Positions 19,640 through 30,186 are shown, counted from the stretch's first letter. The stretch: DNA of 64,000 bases from Planctomycetaceae bacterium (GCA_012729315.1 JAAYDI010000004.1:42239-106238), one strand, 5' to 3'. Translations and numbers: made by a program. The notes: generated by a model not told the origin, from the letters alone.

Positions 19640-20497
19640 TTACTCGTCAGGCAGCGGACCATCGAGCAGGTGGCCGGGCGGAGTGTAAAAACGGGTCAGG
19701 TCGATGCCACCTCGCTGCTCCTCTTCGACTAGCTTGACTCGCGCCTCCAGCCGCTCCATGCGGCGCAGCAACTGCGGGATCAACTGCGGCGTCTGGTCGA
19801 CCGGCTTGAGGCGCGGCACATGCGGGTACCCCAGCTGCCGCTGGAGGGCTGCGAAGAAGTACAGCGGTTCCTTGCGGCGGTTGGCCAGCGCAATCTTGCC
19901 CTCCTTCTCGCCGAAGAGAATGGGCTCGTCCGTGTCCAGCTTCCCAAACCGCCGGATGCGATCGTTGGCATAGTGCTGGCTGCGCACATACACCAGGTCC
20001 GTCAGATCCACGATCCCGATCTGGCGGCGGACTGTGGCCAGCCAGCTCCGCCAGGCGTCATCGTAGATCGGATCCGCGGCCATCGCATCGAGTCCCGCCT
20101 CGTAACGGAGCCGGTTGCGGCACAGGGTCTCGAACTGGTACATGAAGGTGCCGGGGCGCGTCGCGCCGGCCGCCCGGTACTCCGCCTCATACCGGAGGAT
20201 CTCGAAAGCCACCCGCAGGTCAAACCTCCCCCGCTCGTTCTCCCCCTCGCTGATCACATACGTCTGGAAGGCGGTGAAATAGTGCCCGATCTTCTTCATG
20301 CCGGACCCGATTTCGCCCCGGTGCTTGAGTTCCCCCAGCAGAAAATCGAGCGCCAACGGGAGTTTCGTCGTGGATAGCACCTCGTCACGCAGCTGCGCCA
20401 ACAGCTCCTGCAGCGGTATGTTCTGCGGGAGACGCTCACCCAACGCCCGGAAGAAATGGGCCTGCTCGATGTACTCGTCCCGGTCCAGTAGTGGCAT
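19640..20497 (-). CDS. hypothetical protein (285 aa)
   Basis: Long ORF with balanced composition. No motif recognised. Confidence 0.45.
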   Translation of the reverse strand: MPLLDRDEYIEQAHFFRALGERLPQNIPLQELLAQLRDEVLSTTKLPLALDFLLGELKHRGEIGSGMKKIGHYFTAFQTYVISEGENERGRFDLRVAFEILRYEAEYRAAGATRPGTFMYQFETLCRNRLRYEAGLDAMAADPIYDDAWRSWLATVRRQIGIVDLTDLVYVRSQHYANDRIRRFGKLDTDEPILFGEKEGKIALANRRKEPLYFFAALQRQLGYPHVPRLKPVDQTPQLIPQLLRRMERLEARVKLVEEEQRGGIDLTRFYTPPGHLLDGPLPDE

Positions 20498-20668
20498 CTC
20501 GGCTGCGCCTCGGGTTGCTCGATCCCGCCGCCATCGGTGAGGTCCCTGGCATGTGCGGCTTCTGTCGCACTATAATACGAAATACGAAGGTTCGTGAGCA
20601 GCCGGTAGTCGTGCTGCCGTTCTACCACTGTTGGGTGTCCCGCACGGCGTTGCGACGCGTATTCGGGT

Positions 20669-21901
20669 GTGGGGTTCGAGAGGATCGCCGTGGCACGCAA
20701 GTTCTCATCTGTCCAGGCCGCCGTCGACGCAATTGCGCGCGGGGAGGTCGTCATCGTGGTTGATGCGGAGGACCGGGAGAATGAAGGGGACTTTATCTGC
20801 GCCGCGGAGAAGGCGACTCCCGAGGTGGTCAATTTCGTGATGGGGGGGCGCGGCGAGTTCTGTATGCCGGTACTTCCCGACATCTGCAAGCGGCTGGAGG
20901 TGTGGCCCCTGGTGGAATCCAACACGGCCCCGTTGCGCACCGCTTTCATGACGCCGCTGGATCACATCACGGCGCGGACGGGGATTACGGCCGAGGAGCG
21001 GTCGGTAACCGTGCGGGCGATCGTGGATCCGAAGACCGGACCGTCGGATTTTGTGCGTCCCGGACACGTGCATCTGTTGCTGGCCAAAGAGGGTGGCGTG
21101 CTGCGGCGCGCCGGCCATACCGAGGCTGCTGTCGATCTGGCGCGGATGGCCGGGCTGACCCCTGCCGGAGTGCTCTGCGAGATTCTCGATGATCAGGGGG
21201 ATCGGGCCAGCCGCGAGCAACTGCTGGAGATCGCCGAGCGGCACAACCTGGAGATCATCTCGATTGAGGAGTTGATTGCCCACCGCCGTCTGAGCGAGAA
21301 GCTGGTGGCCCGTGTTGCCGACGCGGACCTGCCCACGCGGTATGGTAAGTTCCGGATTGTGATGTACAGCGTGAAGTACGAGGATCAGACGCCGGTAGCG
21401 CTCGCGCTGGGAGACGTGTCCAACACCGACCGTGTGCCGCTGGTGCGGATGCACTCGAGCTGCTTCACGGGCGACCTGATCAATTCCCTGCGCTGCGACT
21501 GTGGTGATCAACTGCGCATGGCGCTCGAGATGATTGGCCAGGAAGGGTGCGGCGTGCTGGTGTACCTGCCGCAGGAGGGGCGCGGCATCGGCCTGACCGA
21601 GAAGATCAAAGCCTACGCGCTGCAAGATCAGGGGCTCGACACGGTCGAGGCCAATCACGCGCTGGGGTTCGACGCCGACATGCGCGACTATGGAATTGGT
21701 ATCCAGGTTCTCAAGGATCTGGGGCTGCAGCGGATTCGGCTGTTGACGAACAACCCGAAGAAGACGGAGGCGTTCAGCCTCAGGGGTTACAATCTGGAAG
21801 TCATGGACCAGGTGCCGATTCTGCCGCCTCCCAACAAGTACAACGCGCACTATCTGGCCACGAAACGCGATAAACTCGGCCATCAGATCCCGCTGGAATA
21901 G
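20669..21901 (+). CDS. ribBA: bifunctional 3,4-dihydroxy-2-butanone-4-phosphate synthase / GTP cyclohydrolase II
   Basis: RibB: DAEDRENEGD and RPGH. RibA: CxxC zinc site (RMHSSCFTGDL...CDCG) and GRGIGL. Confidence 0.9.
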   Translation: MGFERIAVARKFSSVQAAVDAIARGEVVIVVDAEDRENEGDFICAAEKATPEVVNFVMGGRGEFCMPVLPDICKRLEVWPLVESNTAPLRTAFMTPLDHITARTGITAEERSVTVRAIVDPKTGPSDFVRPGHVHLLLAKEGGVLRRAGHTEAAVDLARMAGLTPAGVLCEILDDQGDRASREQLLEIAERHNLEIISIEELIAHRRLSEKLVARVADADLPTRYGKFRIVMYSVKYEDQTPVALALGDVSNTDRVPLVRMHSSCFTGDLINSLRCDCGDQLRMALEMIGQEGCGVLVYLPQEGRGIGLTEKIKAYALQDQGLDTVEANHALGFDADMRDYGIGIQVLKDLGLQRIRLLTNNPKKTEAFSLRGYNLEVMDQVPILPPPNKYNAHYLATKRDKLGHQIPLE

Positions 21902-22078
21902 CGTCGCCGGGCGTCTTGCCGGAGCGCTTGCGCAGGCAGTGATTTGACCCTCGGCCGTTTCTGACGTAGATATGATTTACAGCCTGTGTGGTCCCGGCCG
22001 TCTGCCGGGTACCCGGGCGCATGTCTAACACATGCCTCACGCTTGTCTGGCACCCACTTTCGATAAGGTCTCCTGCCC

Positions 22079-22624
22079 ATGATCAGCATGGCCGTTACGA
22101 CGCCGTGCACCGTGCCTTTCGTGCCACGCCCTGTCCTGGATCAACAGGTCCGGGAGCGCGTGCAGGTGATACTGCAGCAACATCGGTATCGGCCTGCCGG
22201 GTGTGATCGCCGTACGGATCGCCGGGAACCGTTTCCTTTTCCGATTCACGTTACTCCTGTCAGCAACGACGGTTCCGTGCAAAAAGCGGAGACCATCGTT
22301 GTCATGGGAAAACACATCTCGGAACGTGGGCTAGACTTTTACTATGAGGCACCCTTGCCGCATCGGCGCGTGATCGCGTCGTGGGAGGGGCCAGACGGAC
22401 ATTGGCTGGCGCTCCTGCTGGATCTGCGCTGGTGCCGTTCAACGCAACACGGGCGGTACGAGAATGGCGGACGCTTTCTGCAGGTCGTCCCGTCGCCACT
22501 GGATGAAGTGGACCGGGAGCAACTGGCCGAGAGCCTCCGACGGCACACGGATACCAGAGAGTTCGTCAGGCGCAGTGCACCGCGAACTCAGCTCGGAAAC
22601 AACCCGTACCATGAACCTGCGTAG
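22079..22624 (+). CDS. putative PilZ-like domain protein
   Basis: RRTDR followed about 30 aa later by HISERG, a degenerate RxxxR...DxSxxG pair. Weak call. Confidence 0.3.
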   Translation: MISMAVTTPCTVPFVPRPVLDQQVRERVQVILQQHRYRPAGCDRRTDRREPFPFPIHVTPVSNDGSVQKAETIVVMGKHISERGLDFYYEAPLPHRRVIASWEGPDGHWLALLLDLRWCRSTQHGRYENGGRFLQVVPSPLDEVDREQLAESLRRHTDTREFVRRSAPRTQLGNNPYHEPA

Positions 22625-22859
22625 GATCTCGCGTTTCCTGTGTTCTGCTTCCCGCTTCCCCAATTGAGGCGGTGAAGTGCTTTGGAAGTCGACAGTCCCC
22701 GACTGTCGTTCAGCATACAACCCAAGGTTATCAGTTCGCTGCAATCGACCGGGCCGCGTCGCCAGACGCGGCCCGGTTCATTTGTGGGCCAGGCGCTGTG
22801 CCCGGCTGCACTATCTGCCCGGCCGCGCGGCGATCGCCAGCCGCGCCTGCCGGATCGCG

Positions 22860-24581
22860 TCACGGCGTTCCTGCCGCGTCCGGGTCCTGTGCGGGCGCTG
22901 CGTCCAGGGCGGAGTCCAGCATGTCGGCGAGTTTCGCGTCCAGCGTCGATCCGGCCACGAACAGGTCCACGACATTGCCTTGGCGATCGATCAGTAGCAG
23001 GTACGGGATCATCTCCACGCCGCATTGTTCGGCCAGCTTGCTGTCGGCGATGTTCACCCACGGCAGCTGATTTTCGCTGACAAACGCACTTGCGGTGGCG
23101 GTGTCTTGATCGAGGCAGACCCCCAGCACGTCAAAGCCCTGTGCGTGGTACTTGTCGTAGAGTGACTTGATGGTCAGCAATTCCGGCTTGCAGGATGGGG
23201 CGGCAGACGCCCAGAAGGCCACCAGCAGCACTTGGCCGTGGTACGGCGCGGCATCCAGGGGAGTGCCATCAAGCCGTGTGCCTGCGAGGTCGAGTGGCTT
23301 TCCCAGCAGGTTCAACCGCCGCATGGTGATGTCACTCTTCTCGATGGCGAATTCCCGGATCCTGGGGCTCGTGTTGTTCTTGTAGGCGGCCCGGAGCAGT
23401 TCGCATACTTTGGCAGCCAGCTCGTAGTTGCCGGACTGTTCGAGCTGCGGCAGGCAGCTGCCGATCCGCTCCAACGCGATGGCACCCGGATTCGGACGTT
23501 GCAGAGCCTGGGTGACGGCGTCGGTGAAGGCCGCGCCCGCACCGTCCCGTTTCAGCAGGACATCATTGAGTTTCATCTCGATCTGCAGGTCCGCAAGCGC
23601 AATCTGCTCGAGCATGTTGTCCGCCTCCATGGCCACCTGTGGGTCCGCATGGTCGCGGAAAGCGTTGGCGATCAGGCTGAATACTTCACGCGCTTCTTCC
23701 TCGCGGCCCACGCTGCGCAGGGCCATGAACGCCTGCTGCGTGACGGCCAGGACCGATGCGTTGCGCTGGTCGTCTGCCAGCAGCGTCTTGACCTGCGCGA
23801 TCAACGCGTCGACGTCCTGGCTCCGTCCCTGCGTGATCTCGCCGACCAGAATACCCAGCAGGATCGTGCGCCCTTCGATCGCAATGGCCGGACTCGGATC
23901 GGCCGCCACGGACGTCGCGAACTCGCGAATCTGCGCGCCCCACGAGGGGTCGGGGGTGACCTGGCCGAGCATCAGTAGAGCGCCGGCTTTGGTTTCCACT
24001 GCCTGCTTGCGCGTCGCCTCGTCCACCTCCGCCGCCAAGATGCGATTCGCCGCTTCCAGCAGGGCTTCCAGGGCCGGCCGCATCGCCGCCGGCGTCGCTC
24101 TACCCTGTTGAATCTGCGTCTGAATCGCAACCAGCTGCTTCCCCTGCTGCTGGATGAATTGCATCAGTTCCTGCGGACTGCCATCGGGGACCGCCAACGT
24201 GTCGAGCTGCTCGCCCGCCAGCGCTGGCGGCTGCGGCAGTGAGTTGGTCTGTGGCACCTCGCCACCGGCACTGTCTGCGGCCGGTGCCGGCACGGCTGCC
24301 GCCGGCGCGGCTGCCGCTGGACTGTCGTCCACGGGCGGGCGAGCAGTGGCTGGTGCCAGGTCGGGGGGCAGGAGGGGCGGTACGTCCGGCTGGATGGGTG
24401 GCTGGACGGGTGGCTGGACATCCGCCGAGTCATCGTCGGCCACTTCGTATTTGGGCGCCTGTTGCGCCTCGTCGGCCGGCTTCGGCTTGCTGCATCCACC
24501 TGCCAGGCCCGCCACGCTCAGGAGGCTGGCGCCCAGCAACCACCCTGCCACACGACACTGTCGCCACGCACGATTCGACAT
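22860..24581 (-). CDS. TlpA-like thioredoxin-fold lipoprotein with long N-terminal Pro/Ala-rich helical region
   Basis: Lipobox LAGGC. The C-terminal redoxin fold reads VLLVAFWASAAPSCKPE, so the canonical WCxxC motif appears as AAPSC with a single Cys. Confidence 0.7.
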   Translation of the reverse strand: MSNRAWRQCRVAGWLLGASLLSVAGLAGGCSKPKPADEAQQAPKYEVADDDSADVQPPVQPPIQPDVPPLLPPDLAPATARPPVDDSPAAAAPAAAVPAPAADSAGGEVPQTNSLPQPPALAGEQLDTLAVPDGSPQELMQFIQQQGKQLVAIQTQIQQGRATPAAMRPALEALLEAANRILAAEVDEATRKQAVETKAGALLMLGQVTPDPSWGAQIREFATSVAADPSPAIAIEGRTILLGILVGEITQGRSQDVDALIAQVKTLLADDQRNASVLAVTQQAFMALRSVGREEEAREVFSLIANAFRDHADPQVAMEADNMLEQIALADLQIEMKLNDVLLKRDGAGAAFTDAVTQALQRPNPGAIALERIGSCLPQLEQSGNYELAAKVCELLRAAYKNNTSPRIREFAIEKSDITMRRLNLLGKPLDLAGTRLDGTPLDAAPYHGQVLLVAFWASAAPSCKPELLTIKSLYDKYHAQGFDVLGVCLDQDTATASAFVSENQLPWVNIADSKLAEQCGVEMIPYLLLIDRQGNVVDLFVAGSTLDAKLADMLDSALDAAPAQDPDAAGTP

Positions 24582-24757
24582 CCCATTTCTCCGTCGAAGA
24601 TCGAGTATTGCCGGACGCTCCACAGCAGCGTTGTGCCGTGCCGTGCCGCGTCCTCGGGCTGACCGCCGATTCCGGCTGCTGCTGGAGACGCGACCATTGT
24701 AGAGCATGGCCCCGGCTGACGCAGCCGGGGGGCGCGGAGGGGCACGCACCGTGGCGT

Positions 24758-26701
24758 TCACTCGTGGTGGAACCGGGCGATGATGTTCCAGGCCTCTTCC
24801 GGCGTTTCGGCGTAGGAGATGAGATCCAGGTGGGCGTCGGCAATCACCCCTTCGTTGGCCAGGAACTGGAAGTCGATCACGCGGCTCCAGTACTCGCGGC
24901 CGAACAGGATGATGGGAATCTCCTGCATCCGCTGCGTCTGCCGGAGCGTCAACGCGTTAAACAGCTCGTCCAAGGTGCCAAACCCGCCGGGGAAGACGAC
25001 CAGCGCCTTGGCGCGCATCAGGAAGTGCATCTTGCGGAGTGCAAAGTAGTGGAACTGGAAGCACAGACTCGGCGTGATATAGGGATTGGGGACCTGTTCC
25101 ATGGGCAGCGTAATATTGAGTCCGATGGACTTGGCACCAACGTCGTGCGCGCCCCGGTTGGCCGCCTCCATGATGCCCGGCCCGCCCCCCGTGACGATCA
25201 CGTAGTCGCGCTGTCCGTTTGTCTGGCACCGCCGAGACACCAGCCGTCCGAACTCGCGCGCCGCGTCGTAATAGTGGCCTTTGGCCACGATGCGCTCGAG
25301 CTGCTGCACCGCGCGCTGCCGCGCCGGATCGTCGGGGGATTCGGCCAGTGCCGTCCGGGCGCGCTCCAGTTCTTGCTGGGCGACAGGTGTTTCGACGACC
25401 TGCGTGCCGCCAAACACCACGACCGTTGAGTTGACCCCTTCGCGCGAGAAGCCCAGCTCCGGCTTGAGCAGTTCCAGCTGCAAGCGCACGGCCCGCAGCT
25501 CCGGGCTCTGCAGCAGCTGGACGTCGTATTCCACGGGCAGGTAGCTCGGGGACGAGAGGATGGCCTGAAGATTTTCCTGAGCCGCGACCGGATTCATGAC
25601 ACCTTCCTGACGCGCTGAAGTGTACGAGACGGCATGTTGGCTTGGCAGCAGTTGCCTCGTGCCCCATGACACGCCGCCGGCAACCAGGGCCAGTCCGCAC
25701 AGCACACCGATATGACTGTGGGGTCCGAGCGATGGGAACTGTTCGACGAGCGACCCCCATTTGATGATGTACAGGAGGCACGCCAGCGTCAAATAGCCGC
25801 ACCAGTAACCGTACCAGGGTCCCGGACCCAGACGCGCTACAAACCGGGCAATCGCTACAACGAGCAGATGCACGGCGGCCACAACCGGGACGATGGCGGC
25901 CACCGCCTGCCACCCCAGGAACGTGCCGCATACGGCGCACGACCATACCGCCCAGTGCTCCGCCGGCCGGCAGCCCGGTGTGCGCGAGGCGGGCCAGACA
26001 CAGAGTCCCAGCGCGATGCCGGCCAGCAGCCCCCAGAGCGCGGCGGACGAATCGGTGAACCAGGGGGGCGCGGCTGCTAGATGACAGACCGGCACGGGAT
26101 GCAGCCAGGCGCAGACCGGGGAAACTGCGAGTCCCGTGAGAAGCGCTGGCAGGAAGACGCGCCGCGGCACCCGCTCGCCCGAGCCCTGGATCAGCGCCGC
26201 CGTGGCGAGCGTCACCAGCAGCAGGCAGTGGTAGCCGTAGAGCGACCAGTACTCAAACGGCGTCAGGCGGTGCAGGTGCGGCGCCTCGATCGGCGCGGGC
26301 AGATTGCGGCCCCCCACCAGTCCCTCTCCGCAGGCGAGCGCCAGGAACAGCAGTCCCATCAGCAGCTCGACCAGCGGGTACCGTACCGATATCCATGTGC
26401 CACAATCGCGGCAGCGCCCCCGCAGCATGAGCCAGGCGAGCAGCGGAACATTGTCGTACCAGCGGATGGGGTGCAGGCAGACCGGGCACCGCGAACTGCT
26501 GCGCGCCACGCTCAGGCCCGCAGGCAGCCGCAGCGCCACCACGTTGACGAAACTGCCCACGCAACTGCCGATCGCGAACAGCCAGACGGCGAGGAACACC
26601 TGCATCAGGTCGAGCAGAAACCGCGAGAACAACAGCGAAAATCCGTCAAACAACCAGGCTGAGAGCATTGCGCGCCAATTCGGAAGCTGGGGCCGGACCA
26701 C
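24758..26701 (-). CDS. fusion protein: prepilin-peptidase (A24) N-terminal-like polytopic membrane domain + LOG/TIGR00730-family Rossmann domain
   Basis: N-terminus: FAIGSCVGSFVNVVALRLP, CPVC...CRDC zinc knuckle and VRYPLVELL, as in PilD N-termini. About 8 TM helices follow. From about aa 360: GGGPGIMEAANRGA and PGGFGTLDELFE LOG motifs. One ORF with no stop. Confidence 0.6.
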   Translation of the reverse strand: MVRPQLPNWRAMLSAWLFDGFSLLFSRFLLDLMQVFLAVWLFAIGSCVGSFVNVVALRLPAGLSVARSSSRCPVCLHPIRWYDNVPLLAWLMLRGRCRDCGTWISVRYPLVELLMGLLFLALACGEGLVGGRNLPAPIEAPHLHRLTPFEYWSLYGYHCLLLVTLATAALIQGSGERVPRRVFLPALLTGLAVSPVCAWLHPVPVCHLAAAPPWFTDSSAALWGLLAGIALGLCVWPASRTPGCRPAEHWAVWSCAVCGTFLGWQAVAAIVPVVAAVHLLVVAIARFVARLGPGPWYGYWCGYLTLACLLYIIKWGSLVEQFPSLGPHSHIGVLCGLALVAGGVSWGTRQLLPSQHAVSYTSARQEGVMNPVAAQENLQAILSSPSYLPVEYDVQLLQSPELRAVRLQLELLKPELGFSREGVNSTVVVFGGTQVVETPVAQQELERARTALAESPDDPARQRAVQQLERIVAKGHYYDAAREFGRLVSRRCQTNGQRDYVIVTGGGPGIMEAANRGAHDVGAKSIGLNITLPMEQVPNPYITPSLCFQFHYFALRKMHFLMRAKALVVFPGGFGTLDELFNALTLRQTQRMQEIPIILFGREYWSRVIDFQFLANEGVIADAHLDLISYAETPEEAWNIIARFHHE

Positions 26702-26787
26702 GCGTGTTTCGCGCCATCTCCAGCTCTATCGTAGTCGGCCTGACCCGGTCCGCCAGAGGGTGTCCGCCGCTGGATTACAGATCCGGA

Positions 26788-28620
26788 TCACAAATACGGT
26801 GCGAGGGGACCGCCCCGCGCCGCCAACGCGTCTACGCGGCGCGACACGGCGGGATCCTCCACTACCGGCGGCGCATGCTGCGGTTTGATCCGGGCGTCGG
26901 TTACCAGCGCGCCCCGGCAGCCCCAGTGCTTCTGCTCCACCGAGACGCCGATTCCGTACGTGTCCGCCGCCGGATCGCTGCGCGTGAAAACAACCCAGAG
27001 AAAATTGTCCAGGTGCCGGGCGGTGAACTCGCTGTCATCCACGATCACGATCCAGGGGAAACGATTGATCGGCGACTCGGCCGTCTGTTCCTGGCAGAAA
27101 CGCGCCACGGCAGTATCGCCGGCGTGTGCACAGGCGGGGCCCTGCAGCGCCAACACGCCCGGCAGGCAGATCCGCGGGGAGTGGAAGCCGGCCGGCAACG
27201 ACAGCTCCGCCGGAATCTCGACCGGCAGCGCCCGGATGGGTGGACCGGCCGCCGCGATGATGACTTTCGACCCTTCATTCAGGGCCGTACCGGAGTAGTC
27301 CAAGGTGTCGATCGTCGTGCGGGTCTGGAAGTGCAGGTCACGTCGCCAGTCGACCCGCAGCAGCGCGTGCCGGAAGAAAGCGGGCACGTTGCCAGCGTCC
27401 AGGGCCGGATCATCCTGGCGGTCGACAATCCACAGATACTTGGCCAGCGACATCTGGCCGGTGCCCAGGATGGCGTGGGCCTGGGTGAGCAGTTCCCGCG
27501 GCAGACGCCGTGTTTCATAGGGGACGTAACGTTCGCTGCCGATCGCCAGCATCAGCGGGTGGACACCGGCCGCATCGACCGCATGCACCGCGTGCACACC
27601 GGGCACGACGTGCGGCACGGCCGGCGCTGTGAGCTCGTGGATCAGCTGACCGAACACGGTATCTTCCTGGGGCGGTCGCCCGACGACTGTGAAGGGCCAG
27701 AGGGCCTGGTCCCGGCACGTGACGCGTTCAACCTGCAGGTAGGGGAACTCGTGCTGCAGGCTGTAGTAGCCGAGATGGTCTCCGAACGGGCCCTCCGGCA
27801 GCGTCCGGGTGGGATCGATTGTGCCCTGAATGCAGAAATCGGCCTCGGCGTACACGGGCACGTGTCCCGCGCGGCACACCATCGGGATACGATGTCCACC
27901 CAGCGCTCCGGCAATGATCAGCTCGGACATCCCTTCGGGCAACGGCATGACGGCGGCCAGCGTCATGGCGGGACTGCCGCCCACGAAGATGCTGACCGGC
28001 AGCGGCACACCTCGGTCGCGCGCCGCGGCATGGTGCACGCCGATGCCGCGATGCAGCTGATAGTGCAGCCCTACCTGCCGGTTCGACACATACTGGCCAC
28101 CGGACAACTGGACCCGGTACATGCCCAGATTGGCGCTGTGCAAGCCGGGATCGCGGACGTCCTCGGTGTAAACCTGCGGCAGCGTGATGTAGGCGCCTCC
28201 ATCGTCAGGCCACGACTTCAGCTGCGGCAGTTGGTCGACCGTCAGTTCGTGGGCCAGCACCGGTCCGGAGGAAACGCGCCGGGGACGCATGTGCCAGACG
28301 GCGGGCAGCGCGCGCAGGGACCGGCCGGGTGCCCGGCCGAACTGCGTGGGATCCATCTTCAGTGCGATCAGATGGCGGACCCGATCCAGCGTATCACGGA
28401 AGATGAACCGCGCCCGGTCGATGGTCCCGAACAGATTCGAGACCATGGGGAACCGGCAGCCGGTCACCCGCTCCAGCAAGACGGCCGGTCCCCCACGCTG
28501 ATAGACGCGCCGCTGGATCTCCGCCGCCTCCAGCTCCGCGCTGATCTCGTCCGTTAACCGCACCAGCTGCCCGGTGCGTTCCAGGTCAGCCACACATTGT
28601 CGCAGCGTGCGATAAGCCAT
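26788..28620 (-). CDS. UbiD-family decarboxylase
   Basis: N-terminus MAYRTLRQCVADLERTGQLVRL and overall UbiD-like layout, about 610 aa. Confidence 0.8.
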   Translation of the reverse strand: MAYRTLRQCVADLERTGQLVRLTDEISAELEAAEIQRRVYQRGGPAVLLERVTGCRFPMVSNLFGTIDRARFIFRDTLDRVRHLIALKMDPTQFGRAPGRSLRALPAVWHMRPRRVSSGPVLAHELTVDQLPQLKSWPDDGGAYITLPQVYTEDVRDPGLHSANLGMYRVQLSGGQYVSNRQVGLHYQLHRGIGVHHAAARDRGVPLPVSIFVGGSPAMTLAAVMPLPEGMSELIIAGALGGHRIPMVCRAGHVPVYAEADFCIQGTIDPTRTLPEGPFGDHLGYYSLQHEFPYLQVERVTCRDQALWPFTVVGRPPQEDTVFGQLIHELTAPAVPHVVPGVHAVHAVDAAGVHPLMLAIGSERYVPYETRRLPRELLTQAHAILGTGQMSLAKYLWIVDRQDDPALDAGNVPAFFRHALLRVDWRRDLHFQTRTTIDTLDYSGTALNEGSKVIIAAAGPPIRALPVEIPAELSLPAGFHSPRICLPGVLALQGPACAHAGDTAVARFCQEQTAESPINRFPWIVIVDDSEFTARHLDNFLWVVFTRSDPAADTYGIGVSVEQKHWGCRGALVTDARIKPQHAPPVVEDPAVSRRVDALAARGGPLAPYL

Positions 28621-28698
28621 GCGCGCCGGATCTCCCCTGTCGTCTCGGACGACTATTGCCGTAGAATAACCTGGTCAGCGACGCCTTTTTCGACTGAC

Positions 28699-30186
28699 AT
28701 GACACGAGCCGTGATACGGGATGCTTCCATGAATATACAAGCCACAAAGGCGGCCGTAACCGAGCTGGCATCCGATGCCATGGTAGCAGGGATTTTCAGC
28801 GATGGAGTTCTCGGTCCCATGCTGTCAGCGCTGGATGCTGCGGCGGACGGTCTGGTGAGTCACCTGGTGGCGCGCAAGGAGATCACAGGCAAGCTGGCGG
28901 AGCTGACGCGCCTGCTGAGCCCGCCGGGACTGCAGACCAGCGAACTCGTCGTGGTCGGATTAGGGGAACGCAGCGAGTTTGGCCAGGCACAAGCCGTGCG
29001 CGCGGCCGGCGCAGCGGCCAAACAACTGGCGGCGCGGCAGCGCGGTACCGTCGTGTTCTGTTTCGACGGCGACTGGGATGACGCGACAACCAGCGCGGCG
29101 GTCTGCAGCACCCTGGCCGGGTGCCACGGGCAGGACCTCTACCGCTCCGACCGGAAACTGCATGTGTTCCGCGACGTGCTGTGGTGCGGCACCTCCAGCC
29201 GGGTCGTGGCGGAAGGGGTGGTGCTGGGCGAATGCGTGAATCTGGTCCGGCGGCTGGTCAATGAGCCGCCGAGCGTCATGACGCCGGAGCGGTTTGCCGG
29301 CGAGGCGGTGGGGCTGGCCGCCACCTTCGGACTGGAGATTGACATCTGGGACGAACAACGGCTGGAGGAGGAACGGTGCGGCGCGCTGCTGGCCGTTGCC
29401 CGCGGCTCGGCTCACCCCCCCCGGCTCGTCACGCTCACGCACCGCGGCTCCGATGCCGCCGACACCCCGATCGCGCTGGTCGGCAAAGGGGTCACATTCG
29501 ACTCGGGTGGCTACTCACTCAAACCGGCCGAGGCCATGAAGAACATGAAGGGGGATATGGCGGGCGCAGCTACCGTGCTGGGGGCGCTCGTGGCCGCCGC
29601 CCGGCTCAAACTGCCGGTCAACATCGTCGGCTACATGGGGCTGGTCGAGAACATGCTCAGCGGCAATGCGTACATGCTGGGCGATGTACTCACGTCGCGC
29701 CAGGGCAAGACCATCGAGGTGCTCAATACGGATGCCGAAGGACGCCTGGTGCTGGCCGACGTCCTGGATGTGGCGGTCTCACAGGGGGCCGGCCGGCTGA
29801 TCGACCTGGCCACCCTCACCGGCGCCTGCGTTGTCGCCCTGGGTACCGACGTCGCCGGCCTGATGACAAATGACCAGGCGTGGTGTGACGAGTTTCTGGC
29901 AGCTGCGCAGGTGTGTGGCGAGCCAGTCTGGCAGCTGCCGATGTTCCCGGAGTACGCCGAGCAGATCACGAGCGACGTGGCGGACATCAAGAACATCGGT
30001 GAAGGCCGCTGGGGAGGTGCCATTGCCGGCGGGAAGTTCCTCGAGAACTTCGTGGGCCAGCGGCCGTGGGTGCACGTTGATATCGCCGGGCCGTCCTTTG
30101 CCGATAAAGCCAAACCCTGGCTCGACGCCGGCGGCACCGGCTGCCTGCTGCGCAGCCTCATCCAGCTGCTCCGCATGCGCGGGTGA
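28699..30186 (+). CDS. pepA: leucyl aminopeptidase (M17)
   Basis: NTDAEGRL signature plus M17 metal-binding residues. Start 28699 or 28729. Confidence 0.9.
   Translation: MTRAVIRDASMNIQATKAAVTELASDAMVAGIFSDGVLGPMLSALDAAADGLVSHLVARKEITGKLAELTRLLSPPGLQTSELVVVGLGERSEFGQAQAVRAAGAAAKQLAARQRGTVVFCFDGDWDDATTSAAVCSTLAGCHGQDLYRSDRKLHVFRDVLWCGTSSRVVAEGVVLGECVNLVRRLVNEPPSVMTPERFAGEAVGLAATFGLEIDIWDEQRLEEERCGALLAVARGSAHPPRLVTLTHRGSDAADTPIALVGKGVTFDSGGYSLKPAEAMKNMKGDMAGAATVLGALVAAARLKLPVNIVGYMGLVENMLSGNAYMLGDVLTSRQGKTIEVLNTDAEGRLVLADVLDVAVSQGAGRLIDLATLTGACVVALGTDVAGLMTNDQAWCDEFLAAAQVCGEPVWQLPMFPEYAEQITSDVADIKNIGEGRWGGAIAGGKFLENFVGQRPWVHVDIAGPSFADKAKPWLDAGGTGCLLRSLIQLLRMRG

Noticed and set aside
21993-22009. 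Hairpin cccggc-cgtct-gccggg after ribBA as a terminator
   Set aside because: No U-tract follows. Too weak to call.
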